From UHGV virus genome UHGV-1374865: 37,134 bases of DNA, one strand, 5' to 3'. Numbering within the stretch: position 1 is the first letter of the stretch; every line of letters starts with the position of its first letter. The DNA comes from a virus. The notes beneath the pieces are model-generated. The model was not told the origin of the DNA. It was given only the letters and a program-made list of their open reading frames with translations, and ran no database searches. The translations under genes and the position numbers were made by a program. Below are positions 19,360 to 26,383 of the stretch, in pieces.

Positions 19360-19626
19360 ATGGGTAGTAGAGAATTTTTAAACATTTGTAAAGCAAAGGT
19401 GGCAGATTATTTTAATCAGAATAAAGACAAGACGGATACGTCTGGCAACATGACTTCGGATGATGTATTTGTAGTTTGGTATTGCAAGACACTGCAAAAT
19501 CACAAGGCGTTACTTAGTACGCCAGTGAGTGACGGTATGTATCATGAGATCACATACAATGGAGACAAAAACGAGTTATATTTTGATGCTTACAAAAAGT
19601 GGGAAAACATTAAATACGATATGTAA
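19360..19626 (+). CDS. Hypothetical 88-aa protein preceding the endolysin.
   Basis: RBS GGGAAGGAATAAAG. Ordinary coding composition. Confidence 0.55.
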   Translation: MGSREFLNICKAKVADYFNQNKDKTDTSGNMTSDDVFVVWYCKTLQNHKALLSTPVSDGMYHEITYNGDKNELYFDAYKKWENIKYDM

Positions 19627-19659
19627 GTTGTGCGTCATCGCGCAGGAAGGAGAGAAAAT

Positions 19660-20637
19660 ATGAGTATTTGTCGTGGAGTAGCAGGAAACAGAGGAAGAAA
19701 TCCGGTAGGAATCTTTTTTCACAATGACGCTGGAAGCAAGAACGCCAATGCAGAATTTTACAGAAATTGGTTACAGACACATCCTCTGGAAAACGGATTT
19801 GCGCACTATTATGTAGCGCAGGATGGAATCTTGCAGGCAGAGGATGACTGGAATTGCGCTTGGCACTGCGGAGACACAAACGGGAACTTAAATTATCTTG
19901 GCATCGAAACGTGTCAGAGTATGGGCGATCTGGATGTATTTAAAGCAAATGAGGAAAAAGCATTGCAGTTGGCAGCGCAGAAGTGCAAGCAGTATGGAAT
20001 CACACCAAGCACAAGCACGATAAGGCTACATCAGGAAGTGTATGCCACATCATGCCCTCACAGATCTGTGGAGATTCACGGTGGCAGAGAAGCTACAAAG
20101 TCCTACTTTATCAAACGGATTAAGGAGTACATGGGTGGTAATGTCACGCCACCAACTTACGTATCTGGTGGACAGGGATCCGGACAGGCATCGGCGTCAC
20201 AGCAGCCGGAAGTAGTATTTACCTACGCTGTCAAGCTGGAGGACGGACGCATCTTGCCGTTTGTACGGAATCTTACAGACTTTGCCGGAATTCAGGGTAA
20301 GAAAATCACAGACGTGGCTATCAAGGTAGACAAGGGATCCGTAAAATACAGAGTCCACGTGATTGGCAGAGGGTGGCTGCCTTATGTGACCGGATGCAAC
20401 TGGAATGATCACAACAATGGTTATGCAGGTACCGGACAGCCGATTGACGCAATCGAGGTGTACTACAATACTCCAGCGGATTATGCGGCAAAATACGGCT
20501 ATCAGAAAGCACAGTACCGTGTCAGCCCTGTAAATGGAGCTTACTGGTCATGGCAGTATGATAACGAGACCGGAAACGGGCAGGACGGATATGCTGGAGC
20601 GTTCGGACAGGCAATTGATCGGTTCCAGTTATTCTAA
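19660..20637 (+). CDS. Endolysin: N-acetylmuramoyl-L-alanine amidase (Amidase_2/PGRP-type) with a C-terminal cell-wall-binding region.
   Basis: The N-terminal ~170 aa (...GIFFHNDAGS...HYYVAQDG...WHCGD...LGIETCQ...SCPHRS) resemble zinc amidase_2 motifs. RBS GGAAGGAGAG. Position after the holin. Confidence 0.8.
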   Translation: MSICRGVAGNRGRNPVGIFFHNDAGSKNANAEFYRNWLQTHPLENGFAHYYVAQDGILQAEDDWNCAWHCGDTNGNLNYLGIETCQSMGDLDVFKANEEKALQLAAQKCKQYGITPSTSTIRLHQEVYATSCPHRSVEIHGGREATKSYFIKRIKEYMGGNVTPPTYVSGGQGSGQASASQQPEVVFTYAVKLEDGRILPFVRNLTDFAGIQGKKITDVAIKVDKGSVKYRVHVIGRGWLPYVTGCNWNDHNNGYAGTGQPIDAIEVYYNTPADYAAKYGYQKAQYRVSPVNGAYWSWQYDNETGNGQDGYAGAFGQAIDRFQLF

Positions 20638-20640
20638 TAA

Positions 20641-20682
20641 AAATCCCCTCGAAGATTAGCTCTCTGAGGGGTGAATATTGTA
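20641..20682. terminator. Hairpin (CCCCTC...GAGGGG) flanked by A/T runs. Likely a bidirectional terminator for the convergent endolysin and integrase transcripts.
   Basis: A 6-bp GC stem. The upstream AAAAT reads as a T-run on the minus strand. Approximate coordinates. Confidence 0.4.
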
Positions 20683-20724
20683 TCAATCTTATTTTTATCA
20701 AAAAGTTACTACTTATTTAATGTG

Positions 20725-20780
20725 TATTAGTTGCATCTTAGATGTGCGAAAGAATACGCTCGTAGAAGATGCAACTAATG
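20725..20780. repeat. Perfect 14-bp inverted repeat (ATTAGTTGCATCTT / AAGATGCAACTAAT) separated by 26 bp. Candidate attP core for the adjacent serine integrase.
   Basis: Seen directly. It sits between the lysis genes and the 3' end of the integrase gene, the classic attP position. Approximate coordinates. Confidence 0.35.
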
Positions 20781-20800
20781 AATAGAATCCGAAAGCACCA

Positions 20801-22333
20801 TTATTTCGGTACTTTCGGGTAAACGTCAATAGTGAATTCGGAGTTTTTCTGATTCTTCTTGTTCCGTTTTGTTTTGGTCAGTATAATTCTGTCAATAAGC
20901 TGTCTCAATGCGCTGTTCTTTTCTGGGACAGTCAGAGATCCCCACTCGCTTAATAAATTCTTGCATTTCGGGACGAAATTCTTCCGGTTAGTCTGTCTTG
21001 CGATTATGGTATGCAAGTCTTCCTGAGCGGTAGCGATGTTGTTCATGCAGTCTCTGATCCGCTGCTCCAACGCATTGGATCGTTCGATGAAAATCTCTTT
21101 CGTGTAAATTCCCTGCTCTAAAAAATCGAATAAGGATTCTCGCTGTTTTAAAAGAGTCTGATGCTCTGTTTCAAAATTCGTGACGATCATTTCTTTTGCA
21201 GCAATGGCAGCAGCGTCTTCCTCATGAGTGTCGGTAAATTCATACTTAACGATGTAGTCTTTCAGCCATTCAAGCAGAGCCTCTTCCAGTTCATCGATTC
21301 GGATCCCGACGGTGGAACATTCGGTATACTGGCAGATCAGCACATCATAAGGCGTTTTTGTCTGCGCTGTTTTGCGGACCATAAGTCGGCCACATTGAGA
21401 GCAGCGAACCAAACCGGCAAATAGATTCTGAATCGGTCTGTCATTTCTGACCGGAGAGGAAAAACAGCCTTTTGGCTGATTCGCACGTTTGAATAGGTCT
21501 GTGCTGATGCGTGGCGCCCATGCTGCATCAGCGAGAATGTAATCCGTGGCGTTTGGTCGGGATTTTACCACACGACCATCCTTTACGGCTCTGACCGTTT
21601 TGCGATATCCCCAGCGGACTTTTCCGATGTTGGCCGGATTTGAGATAATACCCTTGAGGGTGGAGGGGGAGAATGGCTTTCCACTCCTTGCAAGAATCCC
21701 CATGTTGGTCATGTAAGTGCAGGCTTTCTGATATCCATACTGTTTATTTCCACACAGATCATACATTAGATCAAGAACCGGCGCCTCTGTTTGGCTGGGA
21801 GTAAGAGAATAGTGTTTTCCATCCGGTGCAATGATACGTTCCCATCCATAAGGGGCAACATTGCCGACATAATAACCATCAGAACTGGAACGTTCCCTGC
21901 CACGCTGCATTCGGCGCTTGATTGTGGCGTACTCCCGGCGGCTCATAAATAAACTGAACTCAAAGTACTCATTATCATACTCATTTGCAGGATCGTAGGT
22001 TTTATTCGGTGTTACAATCCGGGTGTTGGAATAAAAAAATGCACGCTGCACACGCCCCTGATCGATCGTATCACCTCTGGCCAGACGATCTACGTCCATT
22101 ACGAGGGCACCATCCCACATACAGGCTTCTACCTCAGAGAGGACTTGCGTCATGACTGGGCGGGCATCAATACTGTCTCCGGACACAACTTCCCGGTAAA
22201 TCGCACCGATCGGAAGAGAGAGAGTCTTTGCCAACTCTAACAGGGTAGTAATGTGGCGTTCCAGAACATCAATCCCTAGCGCTTCCAGTTCGGCGTCTTT
22301 TCTTGACTTTCGTGCGTAGATAAAATAAGACAT
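20801..22333 (-). CDS. int: Large serine recombinase (phage integrase).
   Basis: N-terminal resolvase domain with catalytic Ser in FIYARKSRKD. Recombinase domain, zinc ribbon (CSQCG...CQYTEC) and coiled coil. 510 aa. Confidence 0.85.
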   Translation of the reverse strand: MSYFIYARKSRKDAELEALGIDVLERHITTLLELAKTLSLPIGAIYREVVSGDSIDARPVMTQVLSEVEACMWDGALVMDVDRLARGDTIDQGRVQRAFFYSNTRIVTPNKTYDPANEYDNEYFEFSLFMSRREYATIKRRMQRGRERSSSDGYYVGNVAPYGWERIIAPDGKHYSLTPSQTEAPVLDLMYDLCGNKQYGYQKACTYMTNMGILARSGKPFSPSTLKGIISNPANIGKVRWGYRKTVRAVKDGRVVKSRPNATDYILADAAWAPRISTDLFKRANQPKGCFSSPVRNDRPIQNLFAGLVRCSQCGRLMVRKTAQTKTPYDVLICQYTECSTVGIRIDELEEALLEWLKDYIVKYEFTDTHEEDAAAIAAKEMIVTNFETEHQTLLKQRESLFDFLEQGIYTKEIFIERSNALEQRIRDCMNNIATAQEDLHTIIARQTNRKNFVPKCKNLLSEWGSLTVPEKNSALRQLIDRIILTKTKRNKKNQKNSEFTIDVYPKVPK

Positions 22334-22512
22334 TGTATCACACTCCTATGTAATTGTATTTAAATTTGGGTACAAAAATAACAGCCAGCGTAAAACATAT
22401 GTTCCGCTTGCAAGCTGTTTCCGAAGATGATACAATATTCTTGGATTTTAATCGCATATCTTCGGATATGTAGACCGTCTCAGTGTTGGTAGCACTGGGG
22501 CGGTTTTTTATT

Positions 22513-23043
22513 TTATTGCACGGCGATTTTCTGAGTATCCTTCTTGTTGTCAAACGATATCATATCGGATGCTTCGATTGTGAGCTCAGTATCACTCTTC
22601 AATTTATATACCTGGCATACTTCAACCGTTCCACCCGGCTGCACTTCATTTATAGCGTAATTGTTCATAGAGTCGTTCTGTTCTGCCATAATTCCCATTT
22701 CACACTCGCCACCGTCCTGAAAACACTGTACGTTTGCAGCAATTCCAGCTGTTGCGTTTTCGTCCGAATTATTTGTAAAGGTATAATAGTAAAGCAGACA
22801 TTTATTTCCCTCATAATCATTCGCAAATTCATGTCGTACATATTTTACATTAAATTTTTCTGCTGTAAAATCTATGATTCCGTCATCCACTGGCTGAGCT
22901 TCTTCTTTTGGCTCTTCTTTCTGCTCTGTTGTTGCTTCTGTCGTTGTCTCGGCGTCTCTGGATGGTTCGGCATCCCCACCACATGCTGTAATGGATAATG
23001 CCATAGCTCCTACTAATAACATTGCTACAATTTTCTTTTTCAT
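22513..23043 (-). CDS. Lipoprotein (signal peptide + lipobox LSITAC). Candidate superinfection-exclusion / lysogenic conversion protein.
   Basis: MKKKIVAMLLVGAMALSITAC lipobox. AGGAGAAAAGAGG RBS. Location between int and the repressor genes. Confidence 0.7.
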   Translation of the reverse strand: MKKKIVAMLLVGAMALSITACGGDAEPSRDAETTTEATTEQKEEPKEEAQPVDDGIIDFTAEKFNVKYVRHEFANDYEGNKCLLYYYTFTNNSDENATAGIAANVQCFQDGGECEMGIMAEQNDSMNNYAINEVQPGGTVEVCQVYKLKSDTELTIEASDMISFDNKKDTQKIAVQ

Positions 23044-23136
23044 ATTTTCCTCTTTTCTCCTGTACCTCAACACCACTTTACTCTATATAAACGCCGAAGC
23101 GGTTATATCGTATTATTACCATTATTTACCTGTAGT

Positions 23137-23150
23137 TTCCAGATCTGGAA
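23137..23150. promoter_or_regulatory. Perfect 14-bp palindrome TTCCAGATCTGGAA overlapping the putative promoter of the small HTH gene. Candidate operator.
   Basis: Seen directly, ~20 bp upstream of ATG 23171, adjacent to a TATACT -10-like hexamer. Confidence 0.45.
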
Positions 23151-23170
23151 TATACTACAATAAAACCACT

Positions 23171-23368
23171 ATGAAAATACTACTCGATAAGATCATGCTT
23201 AAGAAAAATCTATCAGTCCGGCAAGTATCCATTGCGACCGGAATATCAAAATCAACGATTAACCGTATTGCAAACGGTGAAATATCACCGACAGCCGACA
23301 CGCTGGAATTGCTTGCCAAGGGCTTAAAAGTCCGAATTTCTGACCTTATCGACTCTCCATATCAATAA
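23171..23368 (+). CDS. Small XRE-family HTH protein (65 aa), Cro/C1-type. Accessory regulator or possible recombination directionality candidate.
   Basis: Classic HTH (SVRQVSIATGISKSTINRIANGE). The ORF-track N-terminal extension is antisense junk. A hairpin plus ATTTT follows the stop. Confidence 0.6.
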   Translation: MKILLDKIMLKKNLSVRQVSIATGISKSTINRIANGEISPTADTLELLAKGLKVRISDLIDSPYQ

Positions 23369-23487
23369 GTGTCCCAGATATGGGACGATTGTCCATTTTC
23401 GCGTAAGTTTCCCGATTTTAGATTGTTAACTTAATAGAGAGGTACATAAGTACCAAAAAATAACAGAACAAATGTTCGAACAAAATA

Positions 23488-23516
23488 TTGATTTTTATCC
23501 ACTGAAATAGTATTAT
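23488..23516 (+). promoter_or_regulatory. Promoter TTGATT - 17 bp - TATTAT, flanked by two TGTTCGAACA-type palindromic operator sites (~23473-82 and ~23528-39).
   Basis: Seen directly. The 10-bp palindrome TGTTCGAACA lies upstream of the -35, and a second copy (TTTCGAACATGT) lies at the transcription start region. Confidence 0.45.
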
Positions 23517-23565
23517 ATGTTCAGGGATTTCGAACATGTGTTTTTGCAGTTAGGGGGATTGCGAA

Positions 23566-23664
23566 ATGGACTACAAAAAACTTATCATCGAATTGGTCAA
23601 CAAGTCCAACAATATTGAGGTGTTGGAACTTGTGTACCGATTCTGCATAAAGCTTTTAGGCTAG
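23566..23664 (+). CDS. Orphan 32-aa peptide gene (MDYKKLIIELVNKSNNIEVLELVYRFCIKLLG) with its own promoter, strong RBS and terminator.
   Basis: AGGGGGAT SD 7 nt upstream of the ATG. A perfect terminator hairpin follows directly after the stop. The peptide has no signal sequence. Confidence 0.35.
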   Translation: MDYKKLIIELVNKSNNIEVLELVYRFCIKLLG

Positions 23665-23684
23665 GGGAAACCCTAGTCTTTTTT
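23661..23684 (+). terminator. Intrinsic terminator CTAGGG-GAAA-CCCTAG + TCTTTTTT. Overlaps the stop of the minus-strand repressor gene.
   Basis: A 6-bp perfect stem with a GNRA-like loop followed by a T-run. Confidence 0.6.
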
Positions 23685-24056
23685 AATTAAGCTCTCTGCG
23701 AGCTTTTCTAGGACATCCCATTCACTTTCATCCAGCTTTGCAAGAGCTTCTACTAATCTTTTTTTAAATGTATCATTTTCCATTATAAGATCAGCAGCAA
23801 AGTCTGTAATCAACTGGTCTCTTGTTAATTGGATAAACATTTCACCGTTTCCGGTTCTTAACCATTCTTCGTTCACATTGAACTCTTTACAAATCAACTT
23901 ATATAAGGATTCTTTTTGATCTGGGCGTTTCAAGCGATCGTATTCTATATTAACAATAACGCTTTCACTGACGCCAAGCCTTTCTCCAAAAACTCTCCTG
24001 GACATACTTAAGTCTTTTCTTAAGATTTCAATTCTTTCTCCTATATTTAATTCCAA
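23673..24056 (-). CDS. CI-like repressor (XRE HTH, 127 aa). TTG start with AAGGAGG RBS.
   Basis: N-terminal HTH (MSRRVFGERLGVSESVIVNIE). Divergent from the early operon. Its promoter overlaps a palindromic operator. Confidence 0.7.
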   Translation of the reverse strand: MELNIGERIEILRKDLSMSRRVFGERLGVSESVIVNIEYDRLKRPDQKESLYKLICKEFNVNEEWLRTGNGEMFIQLTRDQLITDFAADLIMENDTFKKRLVEALAKLDESEWDVLEKLAESLIKKD

Positions 24057-24079
24057 AAGGCTTCCTCCTTTCTGAAATC

Positions 24080-24185
24080 AGTATATCATTATTATACTTG
24101 TTAGTCAACAAGAAAAATATTTAATTTTTTTAAAAATCTTATTGACAAACAAAATAAAACGAGTTATGATTTGTTCATCAACAAG
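24080..24185. promoter_or_regulatory. Genetic switch region with two divergent promoters and two copies of an 18-bp operator. P-cI on the minus strand is TTGACT-17-TATACT. P-early on the plus strand is TTGACA-17-TATGAT (~24142-24170). The operators are TTGTTAGTCAACAAGAAA at ~24098 and TTGTTCATCAACAAGAAA at ~24170.
   Basis: Seen directly. The near-identical operators (palindromic arms CTTGTT/AACAAG) overlap the -35 of the minus-strand promoter and the -10/+1 of the plus-strand promoter. Confidence 0.55.
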
Positions 24186-24262
24186 AAAGCAACAACACAA
24201 ACCAAAACAAAAAAACGCTGACCTATCGGCATGACGGGGAAAAAGAAAGCGAGGTGAGAAAG

Positions 24263-24685
24263 ATGTGGGTTTCAAGACGATCATGGGATTGCTTGCTGTA
24301 TCGCATCAAAAAGTGTGAAGATGACATCAAAATTCAGAAGGAAAATACGGAGAATTTAATCAGGAATACTGCAAAAAAAATTCTTGAACAACCAGAAGAG
24401 TTGCGCGAAGAAATTCAGGGGGTTGAACGTATCGAAAAATATATCGATGAGTTTATAGGTCTTGACGAAGAAAATAAGGATAGAAAGATAAAAAAATTCG
24501 ATGTATTGAAATCCATTACTAGAGAGAAAGAGTTTTCTAATATGGTATTTGGCTTGATCGAAGTCAAAAAAACTCCTGAAGCATTTGCAGAACTTCTTGA
24601 AGAGGAGATGCCTGAAAAAGAGCTACCTCATTTAAAAGAAGCAGCTCTTAATGGTTATCCGTTGTTTTTCTCTGGCATGCAGTGA
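24263..24685 (+). CDS. First early-operon protein, acidic, 140 aa. No HTH recognised; Cro-position gene.
   Basis: GAGGTGAG RBS. Glu/Asp-rich, with predicted helical/coiled composition. Confidence 0.55.
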   Translation: MWVSRRSWDCLLYRIKKCEDDIKIQKENTENLIRNTAKKILEQPEELREEIQGVERIEKYIDEFIGLDEENKDRKIKKFDVLKSITREKEFSNMVFGLIEVKKTPEAFAELLEEEMPEKELPHLKEAALNGYPLFFSGMQ

Positions 24686-24912
24686 GCGCATCCGTTTCTT
24701 CTGATGTCAAGCATGGAAGAAAAAACAACAGCTTCCTCATAGGAACTGCAATTAAAGATATGTTCGGACTTTATATCATTTATGCGGCAGCACGAGGTTT
24801 CGCGGTCTAAATCATGGATTTCACCAGTGTTTTTATTAAGCACATAGCGATTGCCGTTAAATGGCGAATTACAACGTCTCATAAAATCGCTCCTTTCGTA
24901 ATACTCAGGCAT
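24655..24912 (-). CDS. Antisense-oriented 85-aa Cys/His-rich protein with its own promoter (minus strand TTGCTT-17-TATACT at ~24930-24960).
   Basis: Clean 85-aa ORF with Cys/His residues (C14, CC41-42, C55, C75-H77-C78). Tail-to-tail overlap of ~31 nt with the preceding plus-strand gene. Its SD is weak. Confidence 0.4.
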   Translation of the reverse strand: MPEYYERSDFMRRCNSPFNGNRYVLNKNTGEIHDLDRETSCCRINDIKSEHIFNCSSYEEAVVFSSMLDIRRNGCAHCMPEKNNG

Positions 24913-25008
24913 GGCAGTGCCCTGTATTTACAGTATAGGAGATAAACAAAAAGAAAGCAATCCCGCCACGGAGGTTACGACGGCAATAAAAATAGGAGGT
25001 AAAAGGTA

Positions 25009-25722
25009 TTGAACAAATTGCAGCAAAAATTAGATAGCCGAGAAGTGGCTGAAATGGTTGGAAAGGAACACAAGAACATCATCAGAGACATAAGAGGGTA
25101 TTTAGAAGAATTTTCACAGCTCAATTTTGAGCCGTCAGATTTCTTCCATGAATCTACATATAAGCGTCGCGGAAAAGAATACCCGTGCTATTTAATCACA
25201 AAAGAGGGCTGCGAATTTATCGCCCACAAACTCACAGGAGTCAAAGGGACGGAGTTCACAGCAAAATACATCAAACGGTTTCATGAGATGGAAAATATCA
25301 TCAAAGAGCACGTTCCGCAGGGTAAAGAACTTCTTGCACTGGCAGTTCTGGAAGCGCATAAGACCATTGAAGAGCAGACAGCGCAGATTGAGGAAATGAA
25401 GCCGAAAGCGATATTTGCGGATGCTGTCGCTACCAGTCATACATCCATCTTAATCGGCGATCTGGCGAAGATTTTGAAACAGAACGGCGTTGAAACAGGG
25501 CAGAAGCGCTTATTTGAGTGGTTGCGTGAAAATGGATATCTGAGTAAGAGAAAAGGAACGGAATGGAACTCGCCCACACAGAAATCTATGAATTTAGGGC
25601 TGTTTGAAGTGAAAGAGACAACAGCTATGAATCCAGATGGTTCCGTTCGGATTAACAAAACCACAAAAGTAACCGGCAAAGGACAGCAGTATTTTATCAA
25701 CAAATTCCTGAATGTAGCATAG
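25009..25722 (+). CDS. Antirepressor: N-terminal Rha-family domain plus C-terminal KilAC domain.
   Basis: LDSREVAEMVGKEHKNIIRDIR resembles the Rha regulatory domain. The C-terminus ...ILIGDLAKILKQNGVETGQKRLFEWLRENGYL resembles KilAC. TTG start with GGAGGT RBS. Confidence 0.7.
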   Translation: MNKLQQKLDSREVAEMVGKEHKNIIRDIRGYLEEFSQLNFEPSDFFHESTYKRRGKEYPCYLITKEGCEFIAHKLTGVKGTEFTAKYIKRFHEMENIIKEHVPQGKELLALAVLEAHKTIEEQTAQIEEMKPKAIFADAVATSHTSILIGDLAKILKQNGVETGQKRLFEWLRENGYLSKRKGTEWNSPTQKSMNLGLFEVKETTAMNPDGSVRINKTTKVTGKGQQYFINKFLNVA

Positions 25723-25731
25723 GAGGTACAC

Positions 25732-25887
25732 ATGAGCGAAAAAGAGAAAGAAATCATCAGAAAAGTGGCGCAAGCACTGCCGGATATGTCGGACATGAAT
25801 AAAGGGTATTTTCTCGGCTTTGCAGAAGCTATGGCATCTCAGAAGAGCCAGAAGAACGAAGAAAATAAAGAAAAAGAAGATGACTAG
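25732..25887 (+). CDS. 51-aa acidic miniprotein.
   Basis: AGGAGGT RBS 7 nt upstream. Below the ORF-track cutoff. Confidence 0.5.
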   Translation: MSEKEKEIIRKVAQALPDMSDMNKGYFLGFAEAMASQKSQKNEENKEKEDD

Positions 25888-25898
25888 GACAACATATC

Positions 25899-26093
25899 AT
25901 GGACAATCTAACCATCATACATAGTAGAGAGGTGATGATTTTGATCGTAGAAACAGTAAAAGTAAAAAATGCAACAATCCGAGTACATGATGATTGTTAT
26001 GTGGATCGCACAGAAGAGGAAGTCAAAAAACTTATAGATGGATGTTGCCGGATTATTCAGGGAGCATTGATACGAAAAGAGAAAACCGCCTAG
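25899..26093 (+). CDS. Hypothetical small protein (alternative start ATG 25935).
   Basis: A 64/52-aa ORF. AGAGAGG lies close to the internal ATG. Confidence 0.45.
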   Translation: MDNLTIIHSREVMILIVETVKVKNATIRVHDDCYVDRTEEEVKKLIDGCCRIIQGALIRKEKTA

Positions 26094-26114
26094 GCGGTAG
26101 AAGGGAGGACAAGC

Positions 26115-26300
26115 ATGGAGATTAAAGGAACCTACCACTGCCAGACTACCCACCACCCCAACACTTTGAACAGTTGGGATATCCGCTCCGTATCGGTTGA
26201 ATTGCCGGAAAAGGACAAGCCTTACTGGCATAAGATTACAGCATCTGTGATCGGGTTTGTACTGGTGCTACTTGCGTGGTATCTGGTGTTTGGGTATTAA
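26115..26300 (+). CDS. Small membrane protein (61 aa, C-terminal transmembrane segment).
   Basis: GAAGGGAGG RBS. C-terminal hydrophobic helix VIGFVLVLLAWYLVFGY. Confidence 0.55.
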   Translation: MEIKGTYHCQTTHHPNTLNSWDIRSVSVELPEKDKPYWHKITASVIGFVLVLLAWYLVFGY

Positions 26301-26383
26301 AAATGAGCACCTACGAAAAGGGTAGATGTAGGTACTCTGGTAAAAAATCAATTTAATTTTAAGCGAAAAGGAGAGAAATGTAA

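Noticed and set aside
19053-19385. 110-aa minus-strand ORF over the promoter/terminator region before the endolysin.
   Set aside because: Covers sequence better explained as a plus-strand promoter plus two terminators. No start context.
20641-20800. Integrated host DNA / prophage boundary near the 3' end of int.
   Set aside because: No host-like genes occur anywhere. The window closes on itself within terL, so this is intergenic phage DNA (candidate attP), not a prophage-host junction.
22483-22998. 171-aa plus-strand ORF between int and the HTH gene.
   Set aside because: Fully antisense to the well-supported lipoprotein gene. Its translation is Cys/Phe/Leu-rich and low-complexity, with no RBS.
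23566-23664. Arbitrium-like (AimP) communication peptide.
   Set aside because: No signal peptide and no adjacent large TPR receptor gene. Kept only as an orphan peptide / small-RNA candidate.
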